A stretch of DNA of 64,000 nt from Alphaproteobacteria bacterium (GCA_016125405.1 WGLW01000035.1:5886-69885); one strand, 5' to 3'; positions 1 through 10,028 are shown, numbered from the stretch's first letter. The notes: generated by a model not told the origin, from the sequence alone. Numbers and translations are program-made.

Positions 1-344
1 CCGACGTCAAGATGAAGGGCTCGATCAGTTCGCAGGGCGAGCTCCAGATTGATGGCCACATCGAGGGCGACGTCCGCGCCTCGGCCCTCACCATCGGCGA
101 CACCGGCGCCGTAAAGGGCGAGGTCGTCGCTGAATCCGTCGTGGTTCGCGGATCGATCGAAGGCTGCATCCGCGGCCGCAAGGTCCAGCTCTGCAGCGGC
201 GCGAAGGTCAAGGGCGATATCTTCCACGCCTCTCTGGCGATCGAGCCCAACGCGGTCTTCGAAGGCGCCGTGAAACACGCTCAGGACCCAACGGCCGAGC
301 AGCCGTCGTCGTCCAGCGCGAGCCTGTCATCTCCGGCCGCCTGA
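1..344 (+). CDS. bactofilin-family cytoskeletal protein, probably 5'-truncated by the window edge
   Basis: ORF 12..344. Repeated beta-helix turns (ELQIDGHIEGDV / VKGEVVAESVVVRGSIEG / VKGDIFHASLAIEP) are typical of the bactofilin (DUF583) core and are followed by a Ser/Ala/Pro tail. The frame stays open back to base 3. Confidence 0.8.
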   Translation, partial: DVKMKGSISSQGELQIDGHIEGDVRASALTIGDTGAVKGEVVAESVVVRGSIEGCIRGRKVQLCSGAKVKGDIFHASLAIEPNAVFEGAVKHAQDPTAEQPSSSSASLSSPAA

Positions 345-368
345 CCCTTATCCGGATCAACGATCTGC

Positions 369-396
369 AAGAGGCCGCGCGCAAGCGCGGCCTCTT
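369..396. terminator. GC-rich hairpin between convergent bactofilin and prfB genes (candidate bidirectional terminator)
   Basis: aagaggccgcgc-gcaa-gcgcggcctctt forms a perfect 12-bp stem with a 4-nt loop, followed by tcagtttc on the + strand. Confidence 0.6.
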
Positions 397-425
397 CAGT
401 TTCGGGGGCTACGTGCACAGCCGGC

Positions 426-1551
426 CTAGTCGAGATCCTCGACTTCCGTTCCCGACCCCACCTTCTGCGACAGCGCAGCAGACAAGAAACGATCGATGTC
501 GCCGTCCAGCACGCCCTGGCTGTCCGACGTCTCCACTCCGGTGCGGAGATCCTTCACCATCTGATAGGGCTGCAGGACGTACGAGCGGATCTGCCGGCCA
601 AAGCCGATGCGGCTCTTTGCGTCCTGCTCGGCCTGGGCGGCGTCCTCCCGCTTCTTGAGCTCCAGCTCGTAAAGTCGGGCTCGCAGCATTTCCCAGACGA
701 TGGCGCGGTTCTTGTGCTGGGACCGGTCCTGCTGACTCGAGACGACGATGCCCGTCGGAATGTGCGTGAGGCGCACGGCCGAGTCCGTCTTGTTGATGTG
801 CTGGCCGCCCGCGCCGCTGGCCCGGTAGGTATCAACGCGCACATCCTTCTCGTTGATCTCGACCTCGATCGTGTCGTCGATCACTGGATAGACCGAAACC
901 GCGGCAAAGCTTGTGTGTCGGCGCGCGTTTGCATCGAACGGCGAGATGCGGACAAGACGGTGCACGCCGCTTTCACTCTTGAGCCAGCCATAGGCGCTGT
1001 CGCCATGGATCGCCAGTGTCGCGGACTTGATGCCGGCCGTCTCGCCGGGCGACTCCTCGATTTCCTCGACCTTGAAGCCGCGCTTGCCCGCCCACCGCAC
1101 ATACATCCGGCGCAGCATCGACGCCCAGTCCTGGCTTTCGGTGCCGCCCTCGCCCGCGTGGATTTCGAGGTAGCAATCATTGCCATCGACCTCGCCTGAC
1201 AGCAGCGCTTTCAGCTCGGCGGCCTCCGCCTTCTCCATGGCGGAGCGCAAGGAGGCTTCGACCTCCGCGAACATGCCGCTATCGCCCTCGGCGTCGGCCA
1301 GATCCCAGAGATCGACCGCGTCCTGCGTCTCGCGCTCCAGTTCGCGGACGTCGTCCATGGCCGACGCGAGGCGGTTCCGCTCGCGCATCAGCGTCTGGGC
1401 CTTGGCCGGGTCATTCCAGAAGGCGGGGTCTTCTGAGAGCGCGTTTAGCTCATCGAGGCGTTTTTCGGCGACGCCCCAGTCAAAGACGCCTCCGCAGCAG
1501 GGAGACCGACTGGCGGATCGTCGAGACCATCTCTTCGAGTTCGGGCTGCAT
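426..1551 (-). CDS. prfB: peptide chain release factor 2, made by programmed +1 frameshift
   Basis: SPF tripeptide ([15 protein letters not shown]) and GGQ motif ([22 protein letters not shown]). Frame 0 runs from ATG 1551 ([23 protein letters not shown]) to in-frame TGA 1482-1480. The +1 frame continues [13 protein letters not shown]... to the stop at 426. Confidence 0.95.
1479..1493 (-). other. RF2 autoregulatory +1 frameshift site (SD-like GGAGG, then CTT TGA C)
   Basis: The minus strand reads CGGAGGCGT CTT TGA C. This is the canonical slippery CUU-UGA-C with an internal Shine-Dalgarno 3 nt upstream. Confidence 0.9.
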
Positions 1552-1619
1552 GTATCCAATCCGCTTGCGGCGTCATTCGTGACCGGAGCCAGAAAGGCCC
1601 GATCGCTAAGAGGTGCGGT

Positions 1620-4235
1620 CTAGAAGATCGGGCTCTTGAGAGTCAATTGATCGTCCGACGGCTTCGGCGGCGTTGCGGGCTGTCCGGGAACCGGTTGGGA
1701 CACGCCTTGCGCGGACGCCACCTCTCCGCCAGGAGGCGGCGGCGTGTAGGCCTCATCGCCCGCACTGACATTGCTGAGGTCGATCGTGTATTCCCCCGAG
1801 CCACCGCCGACCTTGCAACGCTCCGTCGGCTCCGTGCCGGGCTTGAAGGCCTCAAGAATGATCAGCCGCGTCTCAGACCCCGGCAGGCAGCCTGTGTCGT
1901 GGTCCACCTCAACGAGACGGACGCCCTGAGGAATCCGGAAGTCCTCGGTCGGCAGGTTCTTCAGGGCTTCCATCATGAAGTCCCGGAAGATCGGGCCGGC
2001 GTCCTTCGATCCGGTTTCACCGGACCCAAGGGTGCGCGGCTGGTCGTAGCCGACCCAGACGCCCAGAGCGAGATTGGGACTGAAGCCCATCATCCAGGCG
2101 TCGGTATAGTCGTTGGTCGTGCCGGTCTTGGCTCCGAGAGGTTTGCCAACCACCTTGAGCCCCTGCCCCGTGCCACGCTGCACGACGCCTTCCAGCATCG
2201 ACACCATCTGGTAGGCCGTGACCGGATCCAGCAACTGTTTGCGCGGATCAGCGAGAACAGGCGGCTGCAGGCCCGGCTGCCAGTTGGCTTCACAGCCATC
2301 GCAGGCGCGATCGTCCGTCTTGTAGACCGTTTTTCCGTACCGGTTCTGAATCCGGTCGAGCAGGATCGGCTTCACCTGCTTGCCGCCGTTCACAAAGGCC
2401 GAATAGGCCGTCACCATCCGCAGGGGCGTCGTCTCGCCGGCGCCGAGCGCCATCGCGGTATAGGGCGGCAGATGATCGTAGACGCCCATCCGCTCGCCAA
2501 TTTCCGAAACCTTGTTGAGGCCCATGTCCGTCGCGAGGCGCACAGTCATCGTGTTGCGCGATTCCTCGATTCCGAACCGCAGCGGCATCAGGCCATAATA
2601 GTTCCGTTCGTAGTTCTCCGGTTTGTAGCATTTTTCCTGCGTCTGGTCGGAGCAGTCGACATAGGGCGCATCAAGCACCCGCGTCGACGGCGTCCAGCCA
2701 TTTTCCATCGCTGCAGAATAGACGATCGGCTTGAACGAGGACCCGGGCTGGCGCATCGCCTGAACCACGCGGTTGAACTGGCTCCGGTCGAAGGAATAGC
2801 CGCCCGCCATCGCGAGCACACGGCCGGTGTGCGGGTCCATCGCCACGACAGCGCCCTCCACGAGCGGGATTTGCCGCAGATACCACGGAGAGTTCGCCGT
2901 CACCTTCTTGCGGACGCCGTAGTCCGCGATCGTCTGGCTCGAAACATCCGGCGTCGGATTGCGTGACACCAGCAGCACGTCGCCTGTCTTGATGCCGGAC
3001 TTGCTCTTCATGGCCCAATCGACGTCGCTGGACGCCAGCGAACCCTTCGTGCCATCGGCGAGGCCCAGATTTACGGCGCCCTTCGACGCCGAACGAACGA
3101 CCGCAAGCACCCAGTCTTCGCCCGCACCGGCGATCTTGGCTCTGTTGTCCTTGGCCTTGGCGAAATCGGTCAACGCCTGCTCGAAATCGTCGCCGGCCTT
3201 GATGTTGGCCAGGGCGCCGCGCCAGCCGTGGCGCTTGTCATAGCTTTCCAGTCCGGCGCGCAGGGCGCTTTGGGCGATCAGCTGCAGGCGCGTGTCCAGA
3301 GTCGAACGGATCGAGAGGCCGCCCTCGTAGAAGGCCTTGGTGGCTTCCTTCTCGTTGCCGAAGCCGGCGAGCTTCTTCTCCTGCCCGAGGCGAAGGATCT
3401 CCCGCCGCACCTGCTCAACGTAGTATTTCGCAGCCGCGTTCTCGTCGGTGTCCAGACGGTCGACAGTTTTCAGCGGTTCGGCCTTGGCCTTCTCCGCAGC
3501 AGCCTTGGTGATGTAGCCGTTGGCCGCCATGCGATCGAGCACATAGTTGCGCCGGCGAACCGCGGCATCAGGGTGGTTATAGGGGTTGGCTTCGCTGGGG
3601 CGCTGCGGGAGACCGGCCAGCATGGCGGACTCCGCCAGCGTGAGATCGCCGAGCGACTTGCCGAAGTAGGCTAGCGACGCCGCGCCCACGCCCCAGGACG
3701 AACCGCCCAGGTAGTTCTCGTTCATGTAGAGTTCGAGAATCTGCTGCTTCGTGTAGAGTTTCTCGATGCGCTGGGCGAGGATCAGTTCGCGAACCTTGCG
3801 CGTGATCGACCGGTCGGACCCGACCAGCATGTTCTTGACCACCTGCTGCGTGATCGTGGAGCCGCCCGCCATTCGCCGGCCGCGGATCAGGTTGCCCAGC
3901 GTGCCACGCAGCATGCCCATCCAGTCGACGCCGGAGTGTTCGAAGAATGACTTGTCCTCAGCCGAGATGAACGCCTCGATCAGCTGCTGCGGCAGTTCGT
4001 CAGAGGGGACGTAGATCCGGTGCTGGTTGGCGAACTCGGCGACCAGGTGACCGTCGCCGGCGTGAATGCGGCTGGTGATCGGCGGCTCGTAGTGAGCAAG
4101 CTGGCTTGCCGAGGGCAGCCCCTGCATCAGGTACAGAATCCATCCGAAGAACAGCACCGCCATCAGCACGGCGAGCGAGAATGCCCCGATGAACATCCGC
4201 TTGATCGTCAGCTGAGACTTGATCTCTTCCAGCAT
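1620..4235 (-). CDS. mrcA: penicillin-binding protein 1A (bifunctional transglycosylase/transpeptidase)
   Basis: GT51 motifs (EDKSFFEHSGVD, RKVRELILAQRIE); transpeptidase SxxK (GSSFKP) and KTG (KTGTTNDYTDAW); N-terminal TM helix. Confidence 0.93.
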   Translation of the reverse strand: MLEEIKSQLTIKRMFIGAFSLAVLMAVLFFGWILYLMQGLPSASQLAHYEPPITSRIHAGDGHLVAEFANQHRIYVPSDELPQQLIEAFISAEDKSFFEHSGVDWMGMLRGTLGNLIRGRRMAGGSTITQQVVKNMLVGSDRSITRKVRELILAQRIEKLYTKQQILELYMNENYLGGSSWGVGAASLAYFGKSLGDLTLAESAMLAGLPQRPSEANPYNHPDAAVRRRNYVLDRMAANGYITKAAAEKAKAEPLKTVDRLDTDENAAAKYYVEQVRREILRLGQEKKLAGFGNEKEATKAFYEGGLSIRSTLDTRLQLIAQSALRAGLESYDKRHGWRGALANIKAGDDFEQALTDFAKAKDNRAKIAGAGEDWVLAVVRSASKGAVNLGLADGTKGSLASSDVDWAMKSKSGIKTGDVLLVSRNPTPDVSSQTIADYGVRKKVTANSPWYLRQIPLVEGAVVAMDPHTGRVLAMAGGYSFDRSQFNRVVQAMRQPGSSFKPIVYSAAMENGWTPSTRVLDAPYVDCSDQTQEKCYKPENYERNYYGLMPLRFGIEESRNTMTVRLATDMGLNKVSEIGERMGVYDHLPPYTAMALGAGETTPLRMVTAYSAFVNGGKQVKPILLDRIQNRYGKTVYKTDDRACDGCEANWQPGLQPPVLADPRKQLLDPVTAYQMVSMLEGVVQRGTGQGLKVVGKPLGAKTGTTNDYTDAWMMGFSPNLALGVWVGYDQPRTLGSGETGSKDAGPIFRDFMMEALKNLPTEDFRIPQGVRLVEVDHDTGCLPGSETRLIILEAFKPGTEPTERCKVGGGSGEYTIDLSNVSAGDEAYTPPPPGGEVASAQGVSQPVPGQPATPPKPSDDQLTLKSPIF

Positions 4236-4450
4236 GGCTCACCGATTATAAGCCTCGTCGACGAGGCGCGTGGGGAGGCTCCAAAGAGCCGGATACACCG
4301 GCTGACCGGGAGCCCGGAATCACCGATCAATGCGGTCACTTTATGGCGTCACGCCCAGTGGCGTAAGACCGCAGGGACACAATCAGGGCCGGGATTTCTT
4401 AAGCTTTTGGTCACCTTTGGCCGTGGTCGCCGGATGACGGCCGGCAGCGG

Positions 4451-5638
4451 TCACCGCTGCGCCAGCACTCTCGTTTCGGTGTCGAAAAAGGAATCGATCG
4501 CCTCCCGGATGCCGCGCACAAGTTTCTTGCGCCGCGTCTGCGAGGTCATCATCGCCTCGTCGCCCGCGTTCGTGATGAACCCCATCTCCAGCAGGATCGC
4601 CGGGACGTCCGGGCTCAGGAGCACGTAAAAGCCGCGCTTTCGCAAGGTGTTCTCAAGAACAGGCCAGCCAGCGTCAGCGAGCGCCGGCGCGAGCGTCTGG
4701 GCGAAACGGGCCGACTGGTTCTTGGTCTCCCGCGTCACGAGGTCGGCAAGTATCTGGTTCACTTCCTGTGGGCGCGTCTGGTCGGTTTCCACCGCCAGAA
4801 CCCAGTCGTTCTTGTGGCGCAGGTTTTCGGCACGTTTCTCCCCCTCCGGCGAAAGCGTGTAGATGGACGCCCCGCGCGTGTCGCGGTCCTTCCCGGCATC
4901 GGCGTGAAGGGCGATGAACAGGTCGGCCCCCAGGTCCCTGGCCTTGGTGACGCGGTCTTCCAGCTCGATGAACGTGTCTGTGGAGCGCGTCAGTGCGACA
5001 TCATAACGTCCGGTGGCGACCAACTCGTCCCGCAGAGCCAGCGCGATCGCCAGCGTTATGTCCTTTTCCTGCGTGCCGTCCGGCGCTGACGCCCCGGGAT
5101 CCTTGCCGCCGTGGCCGGGATCGATGACGACCAGCGGTTTGCGGACGACCTTGCGGGCCTCCGTCTTGTGCCCCCCGCGATCAGCCTCGGCCGCCCGGAC
5201 AAAGGCGGTGTCGCTTGTGCTGTCGAGATCGATCACAAGGCGCGAATTCACGCCCTCGCTGCGGGGCGTAATCACATAATCCCGTGTGACGAGAGCGGGC
5301 GCTGCCAGGTCGAGCACCAGACGCGACGTGGACGCCGTGTTTTGGGCGTAGCGGTAGCCGGCAACCAGCCCGCTGCCCTTTCCCGAGCCCGATTCGGCCG
5401 TGAGGCCATCAATCGACCAGCGAATCCGCGGGAGGTCGATGACAATCCGTTGCGACCCCGCGGACAAGGAAAAAATGTCATATTTCAATTCATTAGAAGA
5501 TTCGATGATCACGCGGGTATGGTCATCGGCGCTGACGAACCGTACCGCGGTCACCCGGTCCAGCGGCTCCGCCGACGCGCCGGCAGCGCCAGCGAGCGCC
5601 CACAGCAAGAAAATGATCCAGGCGCGCACAGTCCCCAA
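4451..5638 (-). CDS. amiC: N-acetylmuramoyl-L-alanine amidase (AMIN domain + Amidase_3)
   Basis: Signal peptide; VVIDPGHGGKDPGA and FIALHADA zinc-amidase motifs; N-terminal AMIN-like beta domain. Confidence 0.9.
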   Translation of the reverse strand: MGTVRAWIIFLLWALAGAAGASAEPLDRVTAVRFVSADDHTRVIIESSNELKYDIFSLSAGSQRIVIDLPRIRWSIDGLTAESGSGKGSGLVAGYRYAQNTASTSRLVLDLAAPALVTRDYVITPRSEGVNSRLVIDLDSTSDTAFVRAAEADRGGHKTEARKVVRKPLVVIDPGHGGKDPGASAPDGTQEKDITLAIALALRDELVATGRYDVALTRSTDTFIELEDRVTKARDLGADLFIALHADAGKDRDTRGASIYTLSPEGEKRAENLRHKNDWVLAVETDQTRPQEVNQILADLVTRETKNQSARFAQTLAPALADAGWPVLENTLRKRGFYVLLSPDVPAILLEMGFITNAGDEAMMTSQTRRKKLVRGIREAIDSFFDTETRVLAQR

Positions 5639-6028
5639 AAGCCCCTATTGGCTCGAAAACACGGTCATTCTGACCCGAGGTAAAGGGCTACACGGCCTCC
5701 CTTAACCATTGGTTCCCGTCATTCGGCTTCCAATTTGGGTCCGACTTGTGCAATGTGACTGCAGGCCCATTTGAAAGATGGCCTTACAGCCCGCGCCGAC
5801 GCCTCCGGACAAGTGGAGCGGCGTTCGGCGGGCAAAGTCGCCGGTTTTCAGCGTCATACGAGGCGGGACGCCCGCCTTCGTGGTCAGGACCAATAATGAG
5901 CGCGTATTCGCGAGCATCTCTCGGGTCAGCCAGACGCGAAATCCTCAATCACGCCCATCCCATCCTTTCGCGGTCGAGCTTCGCGCAGCTGCGCGCCGAT
6001 CGCCTCCCACACAATGAGGTTCGCCTAC
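5639..6028 (+). promoter_or_regulatory. long non-coding leader / divergent promoter region upstream of rne
   Basis: About 390 nt with no credible ORF, between the amiC start and the rne ATG. Contains several hairpins (e.g. acgaggcggg-acg-cccgccttcgt near 5857-5880; the gcgcagctgcgc palindrome). Confidence 0.35.
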
Positions 6029-8452
6029 ATGAGCAAGCTCATGCTGATCGACGCTACCCACCCGGAAGAAACCCGGGTGGCCGTCGTTGCAAATGGACAA
6101 ATCGAAGATTTTGATTTCGAGGCGCGCGACAAGCGCCAGCTTCGCGGCAACATCTATCTCGCCAAGGTTACCCGGGTCGAACCGTCGCTTCAGGCGGCGT
6201 TTGTCGACTACGGCGGAAACCGCCACGGCTTCCTGGCTTTCAGCGAGATCCACCCGGACTACTACCAGATCCCCAAGGAAGACCGCGAACGCCTGATGGC
6301 GGAAGCCGCCGAAGAAGAGGAAGGCGGCGCGGATGGATCGGAAGACGACGAGGATGACGACGAAGATGAGTCGCGTCGCCGCGCGGCGATCTTCCTGCGC
6401 AAGTACAAGATCCAGGAAGTCATCCGCCGCCGTCAGGTCATCCTGATCCAGGTGGTCAAGGAGGAACGCGGCAACAAGGGCGCGGCAGTGACGACCTATC
6501 TGTCGCTGGCCGGCCGGTACTGCGTGCTGATGCCCAACACTGCTCGTGGCGGCGGCATCTCCCGCAAGATCACCAACGCGGCCGATCGCAAGCGCCTGAA
6601 GAAGATCACGTCGGAATTCGAAGTGCCCCGCGGAGCCGGCCTCATTGTCCGCACTGCAGGAGCAAAACGAACCAAGACGGAAATCAGCCGCGATTTCGAG
6701 TACCTGACAAAGCTCTGGCAGCAGATTGTATCCAGAACGATGGATTCGATGGCTCCGGCCCTCATCCACGAGGAAGGGCATCTGGTCCTGCGGGCCGTGC
6801 GCGATCTTTACGACAAGGATGTCGAGCAGATCGTCGTCGAGGGTCAGGAGGCCTACGACGAGGCCAAGACCTTCGTGAAGATGCTTATGCCCAGTCACGC
6901 CAGGAAGGTTGTACTGCACGACGGTCCTCCGCCTCTGTTCGTGGCGACGGGCGTCGAGGACCAGCTTGAGAACATCTTCTCGCCGGTCGTCCAGCTGCCC
7001 TCAGGCGGCTACATCGTGATCAATCAGACCGAAGCGCTCGTCGCCATCGACGTGAACTCGGGCAAGGCCACGCGCGAACGGAACATCGAAGCGACCGCGC
7101 TCAAAACCAACCTTGAAGCCGCATCCGAAGCGTGCCGCCAGATGCGCCTGCGCGATCTCGCCGGCCTGATCGTCATCGACTTCATCGACATGGAGGAGAC
7201 GAAGAACAATCGCGCTGTCGAAAAGCGCATGAAGGACAGCCTGAAGATCGACCGGGCGCGGGTACAGACGGGACGCATCAGCCAGTTCGGCCTTTTCGAA
7301 ATTTCGCGCCAACGTCGCCGCGCGGGCGTGCTGGAGCTCTCAAGCGAGGTTTGCAAGCACTGTGGCGGCACCGGGCGCGTAAGGGCGATCGAGTCCGCGG
7401 CGCTGCAGCTTCTTCGCATGATTGAGGCGCGGGCGGCGGATGATCGGGTGGACACGATCAACGTCGGAGCGCCGCCTGAAGTCGCGCTCTACATCCTGAA
7501 CGAGAAGCGGGCATCGATCGCCGGCATCGAGTCCAGCTGCCATGTCAGCGTCCGCATCGAGGCAAACGCCACACTCAAGGCTGGCGAGTCCGAAATCGAG
7601 GCGAGCGCGGATGGCGAGGTTGTCGCCTACAAGCCGATCAAGCCAATTGATTACGCCAAGGCGCGCCCCCTGCCCCCGCCCGGCGAGGGCGACATCGTCG
7701 AGGAAGAGATCGACGATGAGGAGCTTGAAGATACCGCGGATGATGACGCGGACGATGGCGAAACCGGCGAGGAAACCCTTGCCGACGACGACGATGTCGA
7801 TGCGCCACAATCGCGTGACGAAGAAAGCGGCCGGTCGAGCCGCAGGGGACGTCGCGGCGGCCGCCGTCGTCGCGGCGGGCGGGATGGAGCTACTCCGCCC
7901 GGTTTGGAAGTCATAGAACCGCAGGACGACAACACCCGCGAGGAGGCGGGCGGCCGTTCCGGTAGGGGGCGCCGCCGTCGCGGAGGGCGAGACGACCGCC
8001 AGCGCGCCCGCATTCCGGACATCGCGGCCGATGGCGGCGAAATGCTCGACGCGATCGCGTCTGCGCCGTTTCTTCCCGCACCGGGCGAAGGCGGCGTGCC
8101 CGAGGGAGGCCTCGGCGCCGAAGCAGTTGTTGAAGTGGTGGGCCAGCCAGTTGGCGAGACTGAGCAACCTGCTGCGGTAGAACCCGCGGCGGATGACCAT
8201 GAAATCGCCGCAACTGAACCGGAGGCTGCCGAAGCCGCCACACCGGAGAGCGATCCTGATCCCGAACCCGAGACCCAGCCGGCGCCCGCCGTTGCAACCG
8301 AGGCTGCGGAGCCAGATCAGGCCGAAGACGAGCCGGCTCTCGCTGAAGCGCCAAGACAGCATGCGCTGCATGGCCCCATCGAGGAGCCTGCGCCAGCTCC
8401 GGAAGGAACTCCGCGCCGGTTCGGCTGGTGGTCCCGCAAGAAGGCCGGCTAG
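6029..8452 (+). CDS. rne: ribonuclease E
   Basis: MSKLMLIDATHPEETRVAVV N-terminus; S1 domain (GNIYLAKVTRVEPSLQAAFVDYG) with an acidic insert; VIDFIDM catalytic segment; CKHCGGTG Zn-link. The acidic, Arg-rich C-terminal scaffold carries two RRGRRGGRRRRGGRD-like segments. An in-frame ATG at 6014 is an alternative start. Confidence 0.93.
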   Translation: MSKLMLIDATHPEETRVAVVANGQIEDFDFEARDKRQLRGNIYLAKVTRVEPSLQAAFVDYGGNRHGFLAFSEIHPDYYQIPKEDRERLMAEAAEEEEGGADGSEDDEDDDEDESRRRAAIFLRKYKIQEVIRRRQVILIQVVKEERGNKGAAVTTYLSLAGRYCVLMPNTARGGGISRKITNAADRKRLKKITSEFEVPRGAGLIVRTAGAKRTKTEISRDFEYLTKLWQQIVSRTMDSMAPALIHEEGHLVLRAVRDLYDKDVEQIVVEGQEAYDEAKTFVKMLMPSHARKVVLHDGPPPLFVATGVEDQLENIFSPVVQLPSGGYIVINQTEALVAIDVNSGKATRERNIEATALKTNLEAASEACRQMRLRDLAGLIVIDFIDMEETKNNRAVEKRMKDSLKIDRARVQTGRISQFGLFEISRQRRRAGVLELSSEVCKHCGGTGRVRAIESAALQLLRMIEARAADDRVDTINVGAPPEVALYILNEKRASIAGIESSCHVSVRIEANATLKAGESEIEASADGEVVAYKPIKPIDYAKARPLPPPGEGDIVEEEIDDEELEDTADDDADDGETGEETLADDDDVDAPQSRDEESGRSSRRGRRGGRRRRGGRDGATPPGLEVIEPQDDNTREEAGGRSGRGRRRRGGRDDRQRARIPDIAADGGEMLDAIASAPFLPAPGEGGVPEGGLGAEAVVEVVGQPVGETEQPAAVEPAADDHEIAATEPEAAEAATPESDPDPEPETQPAPAVATEAAEPDQAEDEPALAEAPRQHALHGPIEEPAPAPEGTPRRFGWWSRKKAG

Positions 8453-8563
8453 ATCGCGCTTGTCTGTCCGCTGGCGTCAATGTTTGACCCTGGGGGCAAT
8501 CGGGCGTTCGATACGGTTTGTCGTGCGATCCAAAGGCGCACCGACAGTGAAGGAGACGTCGCG

Positions 8564-9931
8564 ATGGGCGTAGCCAGATATCTGACGCGTGCGGTCCTTG
8601 CCGCCGGCGCCGCCCTCTTGCTGCCGCTGACGGCCGCCGCTCAGGTCTGCGATGTGCCGAACTGCCTTCGCGACGCCGAGACCGAGCAGGTCTTGCACGA
8701 ATTTATGGACCCCATCTTCGTTGCCGCGGGCCTCAAGCCTTCTGAGGTCTACCTCGTGCTGGTGCAGGATCCGACGCTGAACGCCTTCGTCGCGAACGGC
8801 CAGCACATCCACGTCAACACCGGCACCATCATTCAGACGGACACCCCCGAACAGCTGAAGGGGGTGCTGGCGCACGAAACCGGCCACATCACGCTTGGGC
8901 ACGCCATCACGCGTGACAACGCAATGCGGGCCGGCAGCGGCATCTCGCTCATTTCGATGGGCCTCGGCATTCTGGCGATGGCGGCCGGGCACCCGGATGC
9001 CGGCGTCGCCCTGATCGGCAGCTCGTCCGAGTTCGGGATCCTGACCATCTTCAAGTACACGCGCATCGAGGAAAGCGCCGCCGACCAGGCCGCACTGACC
9101 TATCTGGACAAGACGCATCAATCGCCGATGGGTCTGATCCAGTTCTTCGAAAAGTTCCGCTACGAGGAACTGATGTCGGAGTCGAAACAGGACCCCTATT
9201 TCGTCTCCCACCCGATCTCCAGCGACCGGATCCAGCAAATTCGCCGGCGTGCAGGTGAAATCGAAGCGCGCGCCCAACCTCAAAGCGAGCACGACATTCA
9301 CGAACTCGCCCTCATCAAGGCGAAACTGATCGGCTATCTTGGACCGCCCAACCGCGTGTTCAACAAATACCCGCTAAGCGACACGTCCGAACCCGCACAG
9401 TACGCGCGAGCCTTCTCGGCCTATCGCTCGACCGATATCCAGACCGCGATCAAGGACACGCAGAAGCTGATCGATGATCACCCGGACAATCCGTACTACG
9501 ACGAATTGATGGGCCAGATCCTGTTTGAGAGCGGCAAGATCGATGAATCGATTACATACCACCGCAAGTCTGTTGAACTGGCGCCGGACCAGCCGATCCT
9601 GAAGATCAACCTCGCGCGCTCGCTCACCGAGTCCAAGAACATGGACAACGTGAAAGAGGCCTTGAACGTCCTCAAGGACTCAATCGCTCAGGAGCGGTCA
9701 AATCCGTTCGCCTGGTTCTCACTGGCCAACGCATACGGCAAGCTGGGCAAGGAGCCCGAAGCCGACCTGGCCACCGCGGAAGAGGCCTACTATGTGGGCG
9801 CCATGTCGCGCGCGCACACATTTGCAACCCGGGCAACGATGAAGCTCAACCCGCAGACGCCGGAAGGCAGGCGGGCGCAGGATATCGCCTCGGTGACCGA
9901 CCCCCGCCTTCAAGCCCAGCGGGGGCGCTAA
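8564..9931 (+). CDS. M48-family zinc metalloprotease with C-terminal TPR repeats (BepA-like)
   Basis: HExxH (LAHETGHITLGH); signal peptide after ATG 8564, which is preceded by AGGAGA; TPR-like C-terminal half. The ORF track starts at 8480. Confidence 0.85.
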   Translation: MGVARYLTRAVLAAGAALLLPLTAAAQVCDVPNCLRDAETEQVLHEFMDPIFVAAGLKPSEVYLVLVQDPTLNAFVANGQHIHVNTGTIIQTDTPEQLKGVLAHETGHITLGHAITRDNAMRAGSGISLISMGLGILAMAAGHPDAGVALIGSSSEFGILTIFKYTRIEESAADQAALTYLDKTHQSPMGLIQFFEKFRYEELMSESKQDPYFVSHPISSDRIQQIRRRAGEIEARAQPQSEHDIHELALIKAKLIGYLGPPNRVFNKYPLSDTSEPAQYARAFSAYRSTDIQTAIKDTQKLIDDHPDNPYYDELMGQILFESGKIDESITYHRKSVELAPDQPILKINLARSLTESKNMDNVKEALNVLKDSIAQERSNPFAWFSLANAYGKLGKEPEADLATAEEAYYVGAMSRAHTFATRATMKLNPQTPEGRRAQDIASVTDPRLQAQRGR

Positions 9932-10028
9932 CGAGCGCGATTTCTGCAAGAACACCAAGGGTTGAGTTTGTCCCTGGACAGGCCGGCTCCATATTCGAAC
10001 CTGTCTCGCCAACGCTGGCCGACGCCAA

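Noticed and set aside
4356-4362. GCCACTG (B12-box-like heptamer) on the minus strand in the mrcA leader
   Set aside because: It is an isolated heptamer. The surrounding sequence lacks the conserved GGGAA / GGTG-AATCC / GGGAAGGC cobalamin-riboswitch elements in proper spacing, and a PBP1A gene is not a plausible B12-regulated target.
5945-6919. 324-aa ORF antisense to rne
   Set aside because: It lies entirely opposite a well-supported gene. Its composition (Arg/Ala/Gly/Leu/Val/Asp-rich, with no motifs) is that of a shadow ORF, as expected in GC-rich DNA.
9975-10010. GGTTCGAAT (T-loop-like) sequence on the minus strand, suggesting a tRNA
   Set aside because: The flanks do not form a 5-bp T-stem or an acceptor or anticodon arm, and the spacer is only about 97 nt between two protein genes.
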